This document shows positions 25,331 to 35,865 of a stretch of DNA of 64,000 nt, one piece after another. The stretch's first letter is position 1. Each line of letters opens with the position of its first letter. The stretch comes from Octopus sinensis (lineage: Eukaryota), in assembly GCF_006345805.1 (NCBI RefSeq), contig NW_021832533.1:124001-188000 (forward strand). Direction: 5' to 3'. The notes under the pieces are model-generated. The model ran no database searches, was not told where the DNA came from, and saw only the letters and a program-made list of their open reading frames with translations. The position numbers and the translations under genes were made by a program.

Positions 25331-25600
25331 TTTTCTCAGATGAATCATGTTTGGAAGCTTATAACACTTAAGTACAAAGGATTGTTTACCGTGAAAACGT
25401 TATTAAAAGTAACAATATCGTGCCTACTGTAAGTACGGTGGAGGAAAGTTAAAGCGATGTGAATGTTTCTCATATACAGGTTGCGAAATCGTGTTATTAT
25501 TAATGGACAAATGAACAGTGCTAAATATATAAACATTTTGTCAAATAATCTTGAACAATCCGCGCTAAAAATAGGGCTAAAATTGTTTATTTTTCAAGTA
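25328..25600 (+). mobile_element. Tc1 transposase remnant
   Basis: VIFSDES ... VPTV.YGGG ... GQMNSAKYINILSNNL ... FIFQ. Confidence 0.75.
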
Positions 25601-25929
25601 TCAAAATTTGAAAAATGCTTTGGAAAATGAATTTCGGAAAAATTTTTCCATGAAAGCTAAATATAAACTTTCAAAAAGGATCAAGCGATTCGCAATATTG
25701 AATGAAAAGTACTGTAGATTCACGATTAATACACAAAGTTTATACTAAATCTGACGATACGAAGAACTATTTATCCATTTGAGATCGATTGTCCTGTCTC
25801 CGATTAAAATATTATTAAATCTAATCTATCTTCCGATTGTCATTACCTGGGATGCGATCACTTCCAAGTATTTTAAAATATACATGGATTTGATTGGCAT
25901 TATGTAATCAATTTTTAATTTTTGGATTT

Positions 25930-26298
25930 ATTCACAAAACTCTCTATGGCACCCTGGAACATTTAGCCATGAAGTGCGAGAGTATGCTTTACCATGATTA
26001 CACATGGAGGCATAACGAGGTGGTGAGGCCCCTCCATCTTCTGCTCTGCAATAAGTATGGCTTGAGGTGGTCCAGAAAGTTGCGAACCCATCGAGTTCAA
26101 TCGGTGTGTGAGAACTTGAAGGTCTGCATTAAGGTGGATACCCCCATACGCACCTCGATTGTTGTTCAGCACAACAGACCCGATATTGTGGTCCACGATA
26201 AGGTCACCGGGGAGATTGTTATCGTGGAGGTGGGCGTCACGTGCATCGACCGTTTGCAGAAAGTGGAAGTAGAGAAAAGGAGGAATTATGACCTGCCG
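25930..26298 (+). mobile_element. R4/Dong-like RLE retroelement C-terminal fragment
   Basis: LEHLAMKC...YTWRHNEVVR...QHNRPDIVVHDK...IVEVGV...EKRRNYD. Confidence 0.8.
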
Positions 26299-26398
26299 CA
26301 TCGCGGATAGCAAGCGAGTTACCTCGCAAGATTGCTATCGATACCCTCTGGTGCAGCCAACTGGTTTCTCGGAAGTCATTTGTCTTTTTTGGATTAAA
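26296..26398 (-). mobile_element. CRE C-terminal fragment
   Basis: KTNDFRETSWLHQRVSIAILRGNS on the minus strand, wedged between the R4-like piece and a Helitron 5' end. Confidence 0.8.
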
Positions 26399-26654
26399 TC
26401 TTAATAATAAAATGGTATGGTGTGTGTCTGTCTGTCTGTCTGTCTGTCTGTGTGTCTGTCTGTCTGTCTGTCTGTGTGTGCACACCAACTTCAAATTGGC
26501 AATACGATGTCCTCGACTTACATGATGAGGTCCTTAAAACCTTCCCCCCAAAAAAAATTAAAAAAAATTTTTCTGCGTTTTGGTCAAAATGAACAACTAC
26601 GATGTCCTCGACTTACATGATGAGGTCCTTAAAACCTTCCCCCCCCCAAAAAAT

Positions 26655-27166
26655 AGAATAGAATAGAATAGAATAGTGTTTATTGAGCGAAAAGAAAAAG
26701 AAAAACAAGGAAGAAAAACATCGGCGGGGAGATAAAAACAAGGCACCGAAGTGTCTCTTTCCATGCGTATCCCCAATACTAGTCATGTTTGACGACAATT
26801 CTCCAAGACCATCCGGATCGTGGGCACAGAGGATTCTTGTGAGTCTTTTAGCCTTCCGTCAAGTTGTACTCCGTAAGCCAATTTCATAGCGAAACGTCTT
26901 GTCTTTTCCAACTGTTCGATCAGGTAGTCACTCTCCTCCGTACCGTACCAGCCCTCGTAGCCATATGTGAGGACTGGCTGCACACACGTTTTGTATACGT
27001 AGATGTACGTTTCCGGATCCAGATGGAACCTGGTTAAGCTTTTGAGGATCCTCACACTCCTCTTTCTCTGATTTGCTATATGCTCTACGTACGAGCCACG
27101 ACAGTTAATGGTTGCTCCCAGGTAAGAAAGATTTTTTCTTTTCGAGAGATCCATCACATAGCTACT
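26655..27166 (-). mobile_element. 5'-truncated LINE with (TTCTA)n tail inserted in a satellite monomer, copy 1
   Basis: RT thumb YLGATIN...YKTCVQPVLTYG; tail aatagaatag; flanked by ccccccaaaaaaa TSD. Confidence 0.85.
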
Positions 27167-27278
27167 CCCCCCAAAAAAAATTAAAAAAAAATTTTCTGCA
27201 TTTTGGTTAAAATGAACAACTACGATGTCCTCGACTTACATGATGAGGTCCTTAAAACCTTCCCCCCCCCAAAAAAAA

Positions 27279-27789
27279 GAATAGAATAGAATAGAATAGT
27301 GTTTATTGAGCGAAAAGAAAAAGAAAAACAAGGAAGAAAAACATCGGCGGGGAGATAAAAACAAGGCACCGAAGTGTCTCTTTCCATGCGTATCCCCAAT
27401 ACTAGTCATGTTTGACGACAATTCTCCAAGACCATCCGGATCGTGGGCACAGAGGATTCTTGTGAGTCTTTTAGCCTTCCGTCAAGTTGTACTCCGTAAG
27501 CCAATTTCATAGCGAAACGTCTTGTCTTTTCCAACTGTTCGATCAGGTAGTCACTCTCCTCCGTACCGTACCAGCCCTCGTAGCCATATGTGAGGACTGG
27601 CTGCACACACGTTTTGTATACGTAGATGTACGTTTCCGGATCCAGATGGAACCTGGTTAAGCTTTTGAGGATCCTCACACTCCTCTTTCTCTGATTTGCT
27701 ATATGCTCTACGTACGAGCCACGACAGTTAATGGTTGCTCCCAGGTAAGAAAGATTTTTTCTTTTCGAGAGATCCATCACATAGCTACT
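27279..27789 (-). mobile_element. Same truncated LINE, copy 2 (623-bp tandem duplication)
   Basis: ORF 27406-27780 has the same translation as ORF 26783-27157 and the same junctions. Confidence 0.88.
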
Positions 27790-28435
27790 CCCCCCAAAAA
27801 AAATTAAAAAAAAATTTTCTGCATTTTGGTTAAAATGAACAACTACGATGTCCTCGACTTACATGATGAGGTCCTTAAAACCTTCCCCCCCAAAAAAATT
27901 AAAAAAAAATTTTCTGCATTTTGGTTAAAATGAATAACTACGATGTCCTCGACTTACATGATGAGGTCCTTAAAACCTTCCCCCCCAAAAAAATTAAAAA
28001 AAATTTTCTGCATTTTGGTTAAAATGAACAACTACGATGTCCTCGACTTACATGATGAGGTCCTTAAAACCTTCCCCCCCAAAAAAATTAAAAAAAATTT
28101 TCTGCATTTTGGTTAAAATGAACAACTACGATGTCCTCGACTTACATGATGAGGTCCTTAAAACCTCCCGCCAAAAAATCAAAAAATTATTTTCTGCATT
28201 TTGATTAAAATGAACAACGCGGATGTCCTCGACATTCATGATGAGGTCCATTAAAACTTTCCAGGCAAAAATCTCACGTATTAAGAATATCCTTGATGAA
28301 AACGACAGCGAGAATATTAACAATGATGAACTCCCAATTATTCGCGATAAAGAAATTCAATTCATCCTATGTTTTTCTCTTTAAAATTAAATGCATATAT
28401 CATTAACGACCATGAATCAAAATTAAAGCTATTAT

Positions 28436-28905
28436 CATAGAGTGTGCAATTAACAGATTTTGAAAAACCACTTTGATAGTTGAAACCACATTAGCACAAT
28501 CATTAACACAATTTACCACAAATTGACGCACGACCTTGAATAGAGTGTGCAATTAACAGATTTTGAAAAACACTTTGATAGTTGAAACCACATTAGGACA
28601 ATCATTAACACAATTTACCACCCATTGACAGCGCAATCAGAAGAATTTGCGTAAAAATATTAACTATTTAGTTAAGTTTTTCGTAAAGATTGAATTTATT
28701 TTCGGTATTCCTCTTTTCCTAAACTTTTTTATTATTCAAAAATAATTTTTTCAATAGATAACCGAAGGAGGGAAGACGACCTTAAGAAAAGAAGTTTTTC
28801 GTAAAGATAGAATTTATTTTCGGTATGCCTCTTATCCTAAACTTTTTTATTATTCAAAAATAATTTTTTTAATAGATAACCGAAGGAGGAAAAACGAAGC
28901 TGAAG
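28436..28905. repeat. Two short tandem duplications (~103 bp x2, then ~120 bp x2)
   Basis: tagagtgtgcaattaacagattttgaaaaa repeated; tttttcgtaaagat..aaggagg repeated. The first unit is homologous to Helitron-internal 57830-57880 (reverse complement). Confidence 0.8.
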
Positions 28906-28944
28906 AAAAAACGGTCAGCTTAATAAGGTAATTAATCAAATCTT

Positions 28945-29282
28945 TTTTGTGTGTCGCTTTCTTGCCTGTCGCTTTTTTGTGTGTCGCTTTCTTGCCTGTT
29001 GCTTTTTTATGTGTCGCTTTCTTGCCTGTCGCTTTCTTGCCTGTCGCTTTCTTGCCTGCCGCATCTCTACCTGCCGCATCTCTGCCTGCCGCATCTCTGC
29101 CTGCCGCATTTCCGCCTGCCGCATTTCCGCCTGCCGCATCTCCGCCTGCCGCATTTCCGCCTGCCGCATTTCCGCCTGCCGCATCTCCGCCTGCCGCATT
29201 TCCGCCTGCCGCATTTCCGCCTGCCGCATTTCCGCCTGCCGCATTCCGCCTGCCGCATCTCTGCCTGCCGCATTTCCGCATT
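28945..29282. repeat. GC-rich 15-bp minisatellite with two graded unit types
   Basis: tcgctttcttgcctg units grade into gcatttccgcctgcc units. Confidence 0.92.
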
Positions 29283-29299
29283 TCCCCCCATCTCACCCA

Positions 29300-30150
29300 A
29301 ATAAAAAAAGAAAAAAAAAGGAAATTACAAAGAAACACGAAAAAATCAAATATAAAAAGTTAACAAATAAAAAAAAGAAAATAAAGCCCAAAAAAAAGAA
29401 AATAAAAAAAAAGAAAAAAAAATGAAATAAAAACACAATAAAAATCGAAAAAAAAACACAATAAAAATCAAAAAATTAAACAACTAAAAAATAAAAAAAG
29501 AAAATAAAACAAAAAAATCAAAAAAAGTAAATAAAACACAAAAAAAAGAATAAAAAAATAAAAACACAATAAAAAACAAAAAATAAAAAAATAAAAAAAT
29601 AAAAACAAAAAAAATTCAAAAAATAAAAAAAAATTTAAAAAATAAATGAAAAAAGAAAAAAAAATAAAAAAAGAAAATAAAAACACAATAAAAAACAAAA
29701 ATAAGAAAAAATTCAAAAAAGAAAAAAAAGGAAATTACAAAGAAACACGAAAAAATCAAATATAAAAAGTTAACAAATAAAAAAAAGAAAATAAAGCCCA
29801 AAAAAAAGAAAATAAAAAAAAAGAAAAAAAACTTTAAAAATTAAAAAGAAAATAAACAAAAAAAGAAAAAAAAACTTAATAAATAAAAAAAGAAACTAAA
29901 AGACAAAAAAAGAAAAAAAATTTAAAAATAAAAAAAATTTAAAAATAAAAAAAAATTTAAAAATAAAAAAAATTAAAAAATAAAAAAATTAAAAAATAAA
30001 ACACAAAAAAAGAAAAAAAATATAAAAAAATAAAATAAAAACACAATAAAAAACAAAAAATAAAAAAAAATAAAACACACAAAAAAAAATTCATAAAATA
30101 AAAAAAAAATTTTAAAAATAAAAAAAAGAAAATAACAAAAAAACTTTAAA
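29300..30150. repeat. ~850-bp strand-asymmetric A-rich low-complexity tract
   Basis: Mostly A with rare G/C on the + strand; internal duplication 29305-29420 versus ~29718-29830. Confidence 0.9.
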
Positions 30151-30371
30151 AATTTGTCTGCCGCCGTGTGTGCACACTTCAACAAACCGTGCGCGGAACG
30201 CGGAAGCAACCGTACTGCTGGGCTCTAACCCCTGCCCCGTCGAGCACGCAGATCGAGCTGGATCTCTTAATTGATTCTTATTTTCACTTAAAAATTATTT
30301 ACTTTGAATTAAAATTAGATTAATTCTTATTTTCACTTATCTTTAACAACCTGTCAATTTTTAACAGCCTA

Positions 30372-30562
30372 TTAAGATAATGCTTAAGAGCCCTTTACAG
30401 TTTCCGGAAATTTAGCTTAGTGACCTTGATTAGACAAACCACTTCAGATAGCAATTAAGATAAGGCTTAAGAGCCCTTTACAGTTTACGGAAATTAGGCT
30501 TAGTGACCTTGATTAGACAAACCACTTCAGATAGCAATTAAGATAAGACAAGGCTTAAGAGC
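30372..30562. repeat. ~75-bp tandem repeat (~2.3 copies)
   Basis: gcttaagagccctttacagttt..cttagtgaccttgattagacaaaccacttcagatagcaattaagataa repeated. Confidence 0.85.
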
Positions 30563-30611
30563 GTTAAATGTTCAATATGTATTACTGCGTGGCGTAAAAA
30601 ATAAGATTAGT

Positions 30612-31004
30612 ATGGTGGGTAGTCAGAATATGGAGAGTTTCACCGAAGATATCGTGGATGCCAAAACAAACGAACAAACTGAGCTTGGGGGGAGTGTAAG
30701 TAATGTAGGTGCGGGCATAGGTAATATAGGTGTAGGAAATGCAGGAAATGTGGGCGCAGGAAGTGTAGGTAGTGTAGGTGCATGCGTAGGTAATCTAGGT
30801 GCAGGAAATGTAGGTAGTGTAGGCTTATGTAATGTCAGAGAAAATAAGATTACTCATCAGTTGTCAGAAGATCATCAATCGATCCGTTTCGATGAAAATA
30901 ACTTCAGTAAAGAGGTATTAATATTAGATTTATTTTTAGTGTATGGAAACGGATTACCTATTGAGAAACAAAGAATATTTGGAAAATACACAGGTTTTAG
31001 ATAA
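30612..31004 (+). CDS. Unknown Gly/Val/Asn-rich ORF, possibly TE-derived
   Basis: 130-aa ATG ORF with GNVGAGSVG-type repeats built from 9-bp units; no family recognised. Confidence 0.25.
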   Translation: MVGSQNMESFTEDIVDAKTNEQTELGGSVSNVGAGIGNIGVGNAGNVGAGSVGSVGACVGNLGAGNVGSVGLCNVRENKITHQLSEDHQSIRFDENNFSKEVLILDLFLVYGNGLPIEKQRIFGKYTGFR

Positions 31005-31092
31005 TTTATGTAGCACGAAACGTAAAAAAGTTAGTGTAGGAAATAATAATTTTAAACGATATAGTTTCGATGATATGAGTGTTAGTCTAGAT

Positions 31093-31798
31093 CAGCGGTT
31101 CTCAAATGCGGCCCCCGGGGCCGCATGTGGCCCCCAGGATTTTTTTTGCGGCCCCTCTAGAGTAACTAACTTTTTTAATTTTTTAATAATGTTCAAATTT
31201 AATTATTTTTCTTTCAAAAAAAAATTATTCATTCTTAAGGTTAAACATATCCATAATTGGTGATTTCATTAATCAATTTGAAGCACGTTTTGGGGTACAT
31301 TTATATAAATTTAATTTTTAGAATTTTAAAGAATTCCTTCCTTTAATGAAAATATTCGAAACTCCATTCAGCGTGGAAATTAAGGATGCGCCTGCAAAGT
31401 TTCAACTAGAACTCATTAATTTACAACATTAATTTGGGTGGTCTAATCACCAAAAAAACAGGTGATCCGCGGGAGACGTCGTGGCTCTTCCAGAGGATTT
31501 CGTGTGCAATTGTCCGCGGAAATTCACACGCTATCCTAGGGTCATACTAATTAATTCAATCGATTTTGTTATTTACAACATGACATAGAACTGGCGGCAT
31601 TGTTCAAAAATGCGTCCATTATTAATTTTTACGAATTAATTCCTCAAGACAAATGCATATATGAATCTACATATTTATGCGAATCAATATTTAGTAAAAT
31701 GGAAAATATAAAAATATATATAATATTTTTTGTGCGGCCCGCGAAGCTAATCTTAATTATCGATTTGGCCCTTGAGCTAAAAAGGTTGAGAACCCCTG
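31093..31798 (+). mobile_element. Internally deleted hAT (Buster/Charlie-like), copy 1
   Basis: Ends CAGCGGTTCTCAAA and GTTGAGAACCCCTG. Interior matches the reverse complement of 32430-32690 and 31995-32090. Confidence 0.88.
31430..31570 (+). mobile_element. 141-bp CRE 3' stub nested in hAT copy 1, 11-bp TSD
   Basis: GGLITKKTGDPRETSWLFQRISCAIVRGNSHAI. atttacaacat at 31419-31429 and 31571-31581. The empty site is present in hAT copy 2 near 32513-32525. Confidence 0.9.
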
Positions 31799-31994
31799 AT
31801 CTATAAAGTAAATTTGTAAAAATTTAAAATCCTCGCCTTCACTTGGAAGGAGTGAACCCATCCTGTGATACACTTGCCCAAGTACCTTAAATGTGGGCAT
31901 ATAGCCCGTCGGATTGAAATTTCCACTTGTACCAAAAGATGTCATCTGAAAAACATTATTGTACCTGCGAATATTATCAACGAAGTGCCTAGAT
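31799..31994 (-). mobile_element. Inverted Helitron RepHel N-terminal segment
   Basis: SRHFVDNIRRYNNVFQMTSFG...PTFKVLGQVYHRMGSLLP...FLQIYFID. The frame continues as NHEEQSNRRC at 33390 on the + strand. Confidence 0.88.
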
Positions 31995-33381
31995 CAGGGG
32001 TTCTCAACCTTTTTAGCTCAAGGGCCAAATCGATAATTAAGATTAGCTTCGCGGGCCGCACAAAAAATATTTTATATATTTTTATATTTTCCAAGCCGGT
32101 AACTCGCTTGCAATCCGAAGTGCAGCCACTGCTGATGGTAATGAGTTTTTGGACTCTGTTTTTTCTTTTTTTAATTTCCATTTCCTTTATAAAGAATTAC
32201 AAGCTAAAAAATCTAAAAAAAGGCGTTGTAACTAAAAAGAAAGTATTATTTGTTTATTAAGTTTTTGAAATCCGGAATAAGTAAAGTCGAAGAAGTTCGT
32301 AAAAGCTGACTCGAGTGATTATCCGTGAGATTGTTACGATATTTATTTTTTATGCGAATCATTTTCCTAAATATTGATTCGCATAAAAAGTAGATCCAAA
32401 CATTGATATATTCATATATGCATTGTGTGTTATATTTTTGAATTTGTCTTGAGGAATTAATTCGTAAAAATTAATAATGGACGCTTTTTTGAACAATGCC
32501 GCCAGTTCTATATCATGTTGTAAATTAATGAGTTCTAGTTGAAACTTTGCAGGCGCATCCTTAATTTCCACGCTGAATGGAGTTGCGAATATTTTCATTA
32601 AAGGAAGGAATTTTTTAAAATTCTAAAAATTAAATTTATATAAATGTACCCCAAAACGTGCTTCAAATTGATTAATTAAATCACCAATTATGGATATGTA
32701 TTTTTCATAAGCAGCGCCTTCGTTGTTTTCAGATAGTGAATAAAAATGAGATGTATCTCCCTCTTTAAGGGAAGTCATCCATAAATATAATTTTTCGATA
32801 AACAAAGAAATATATCCATATACCTGATAACAGAGTTTGCCTTTTCCTTGTAATTCAACATTGAGATCCGACAAATGCGTGGTTAAATCAACATAAAAAG
32901 CCAAATCGGCAATCCATCTTTCATCGTAAAGTTCATCGAAAATTACTCTGTCTTTGGTAAACTCCTTAATTTCTGGAAGCAATTTATAGAACCTTTAATA
33001 AAATATTAAGGCATTTCGAACGACTTAACCACCTCACTTCAGTATGAAAAATAACATCTCCATACTCAGCATCAACTTCTTCCAAAAAAGATTTAAAATA
33101 TCGTGATTGAGCGCTTTTGAGCGTATCCAATAAACGATATTAACGACTTTTTTGGAAACATGTTCCATTTTAATGGACTTGGCGATAAGATTTTCTGGTG
33201 AATTATGCAGTGATGCCATATTAATTGATCGAAACTATTTTCGGTTATATCTTTGGAACAATCAATAAATAATTAAATTTTAACATTATTAAAAAATTAA
33301 AAAAGTTAGTTACTCTAGAGGGGCCGCAAAAAAATCCTGCGGGCCGCATGCGGCCCCGGGGGCCGCATTTGAGAACCGCTG
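31995..33381 (-). mobile_element. hAT (Buster/Charlie, GTF2IRD2-like) element, copy 2, with transposase remnants
   Basis: Same two TIR types in opposite order. WIADLAFYVDLTTHLSDLNVELQGK, RSKALNH and ELINLQ fragments. Confidence 0.9.
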
Positions 33382-35574
33382 TTATAGATAATCACGAAGA
33401 ACAATCTAACCGAAGATGTCTAGCAGATTCAAGACTACGAGGCAACATTATTAGTTCGTTGCAAAATATGTTGCAAATGTGCAACACGTATATTTCATCT
33501 TTTAGATCTGTTCTGAGATCCACAGCAGATGAAGATTGTAAGGTAATTATACATGCAGATAGGACACCTGCAAATGAACATAACCGTCGATACAACGCAC
33601 CAACGTCAAACCAGGTTGGAATTCTAATAGTAGGTCAACACTATGACTCGAGAGACATAATAATAAACAAGAGATCCACTGGATTAATGAGAATTTCAGA
33701 GACACATCGGTCATATGATGCACTTCAGTACCCATTATTATTTCCGAGAGGAGAGGATGGGTACAATTTTAAGGTAATGCATTTTAATCCGTCGACTGGT
33801 TTAACTACTACTAAAAAAACCAGTTGTATGGAATTTTATTCTTATAGGTTGATGATAAGAGAGCAGGAATTCAACATTCTACATCGTACAGGCCAGTTAT
33901 TTAATCAGTTTATTGTAGATATGTATGCGAAAATAGAGGCAGAGAGACTTCTCTACATTCGGTTGAATCAGCGGAAACTGAGAGCAGAAGAGTATATACA
34001 TCTAAGAGATGCCATAATGAATGACGGTAATGTGTCTAATGTAGGTCAAATGGTTATTTTGCCTTCGTCATTCACGGGAGGACCAAGATATATGCATGAG
34101 CGAACTCAAGATGCTATGACATACGTTAGAAATACGGAACTCCGGATCTGTTTATCACTTTTACGTGTAATCCGAAATGGCCAGAAATTAGTGATAACAT
34201 ATTTGTAGGACAAAAGGTCGAGTATAGACAAGACATCATAGCACGTGTTTTAAAACAAAAAGTCGATAAGATGATTGATCTTCTATGCAAGGGACAGATT
34301 TTTGGGAAGACAAGATGCCACATGTATACAGTAGAGTGGCAAAAAAGAGGTTTACCACATACATATATTAGTATGGTTAGTAACTAAAATTAGGCCTACA
34401 GAGATAGACGATTGCATACGGGCAGAATTGCCAAATCCAAATGAAGATAGAGAATTATACGAGATCATCAAAAGAAATATGATACATGGTCCGTGTGGCA
34501 TATATAACAGAACATCACCGTGTATGCAAGATGGTAAGTGTTCTAAAGGGTACCCAAAAAACTTAATAATTAACACGCAAACAGGTGAAAATGGATTTCC
34601 ATTTTACCAGAGAAGGGGAGCAGCTGAAGGAGGATATACTGCAACCCTCCACGAAGGAAAAGAAAATGAAATAACAGTTGATAACAGATGGATAGTGCCT
34701 TATAATCCACTATTAAGTAAGATTTTTGATGCACATATCAATGTGGAATTTTGTAAGTATTTTCGTAGAAACAGCAGAAGAATTATTGAATGCCGTCTAT
34801 TCCGAACTATCTGAACACTACGTGAATTTCGACTGGCTGCGTGAACGAGCTATATTAGCTCCACTTAATGATGAGGTACTTAATATAAATTTAGATTTAT
34901 TAATGAAAATCCCTGGCAGAGAAAGAATATATAAATCGGTCGACGTTATTATGGACCATGAAAGGGCCTGCGAATATCCTGTAGAATTTTTAAATTCCTT
35001 AGATCCATCTGGAATGCCGAATCATCTATTGAAATTAAAAATAGGTGTACCGGTTGTGTTACTCCGCAATCTAGCGCCACCTAAATTATGCAATGGTACA
35101 AGGTTGGTTATCAAGAATTTGATGGCTAACGTAATAGAAGCGACAATATTAACAGGTAATTACAGAGGTGAGGATGTTTATATCCCACGAATACCTCTGA
35201 TTTCGGAAGAATTACCTTTTAGATTTAAGAGACTACAATTTCCGCTGAAGATAAGTTTTGCTATGACAATAAACAAGGCCCAGGGACAGTCTTTAAAGGT
35301 AGTAGGCTTATTTTTAGAGAACGAGTGCTTTTCACATGGCCAGCTGTATGTGGGGTGCTCAAGGGTAGGTAGAAGAGAAAATTTATTTATATTTGCCAAG
35401 GATGGACGGACTGCAAACATCGTTTATCCACAGGCCTTAGAATAAGGTTATATCAAAGCAGGTCGCATTTATATATCTACATAAATTTATAGTTATTTAA
35501 GGAAACTGCGAGCGTAGCGAGCAGGGCCTCCGCAGGAGCTAGCTCGCAGTGAGCGAAGCGAACTGCTGAGCTAG
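33382..35574 (+). mobile_element. Defective Helitron (partial Rep, helicase C-terminal half, intact 3' end)
   Basis: HRSYDALQYPLLFPRGEDG, LPSSFTGGPRYM, VEWQKRGLP (HUH region frameshifted), MIHGPCG, HINVEFC, then an out-of-frame jump to AILAP...[12 protein letters not shown]...HGQLYV. Ends in CTAG|T at 35574. Confidence 0.93.
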
Positions 35575-35755
35575 TATTGAAATAAAAGTTGAAAATGCTT
35601 TTACGAAATATGCTATTTGATAAAAATTTTTTAATGCAGGCTTTATTTTACACTGAAAGTTTTGTTTAAATATTTCTGAATCTGGCAATCAAAATAAAAT
35701 TGCCATTGACTAAATCTAAAATTGGAAAATTAGTAAAATATCTCACAAAATAAAA

Positions 35756-35827
35756 GGGCTCAGCCGGGGATCGAACCCGGGACCTCCCGCTCCCAAAGCG
35801 GGAATCATACCACTAGACCACTGAGCC
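35756..35827 (-). tRNA. tRNA-Pro (UGG)
   Basis: GGCTCAGTGGTCTAGTGGTATGATTCCCGCTTTGGGAGCGGGAGGTCCCGGGTTCGATCCCCGGCTGAGCCC: 7-bp acceptor stem, CCCGC/GCGGG anticodon stem around TGG, A and B boxes, followed by TTTT. Confidence 0.96.
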
Positions 35828-35865
35828 TTTTTATCTACCCTTCCCGTAAAAAATAATGAAATGAT

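Larger units (their letters stand above)
26399..28265 (+). mobile_element. Helitron 5' end with (GTCT)n microsatellite and ~95-bp satellite array (~8 monomers)
   Basis: A|TCTTAATAATAAAATGGTATGGTGTG is identical to the 5' ends at 60286 and 63416. Monomer period 94-95 bp (27847, 27942, 28036), a diverged reverse-complement relative of the 58-63 kb satellite. Confidence 0.85.

Noticed and set aside
28850-29425. Overlapping ORFs in many frames (GNAAG, RQAEM, CRISA, histone-H1-like KKATGKK repeats)
   Set aside because: A stop-free 15-bp minisatellite opens every frame; nothing else supports coding.
34350-34375. Apparent His-to-Tyr changes at both HUH histidines (RIP-like CpA mutation)
   Set aside because: Better explained by a 2-bp deletion plus one substitution; there is no wider C-to-T pattern.
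34753-34768. 16-nt GTAAGT...TAG intron look-alike at the Helitron Rep/helicase junction
   Set aside because: Splicing it creates TAA; it is a deletion junction with partial microhomology.
26399-35574. One 9.2-kb composite Helitron from the 5' TC at 26399 to the CTAG at 35574
   Set aside because: Joining the outer flanks does not restore the interrupted CRE frame, so a single clean insertion is unsupported, though not excluded.
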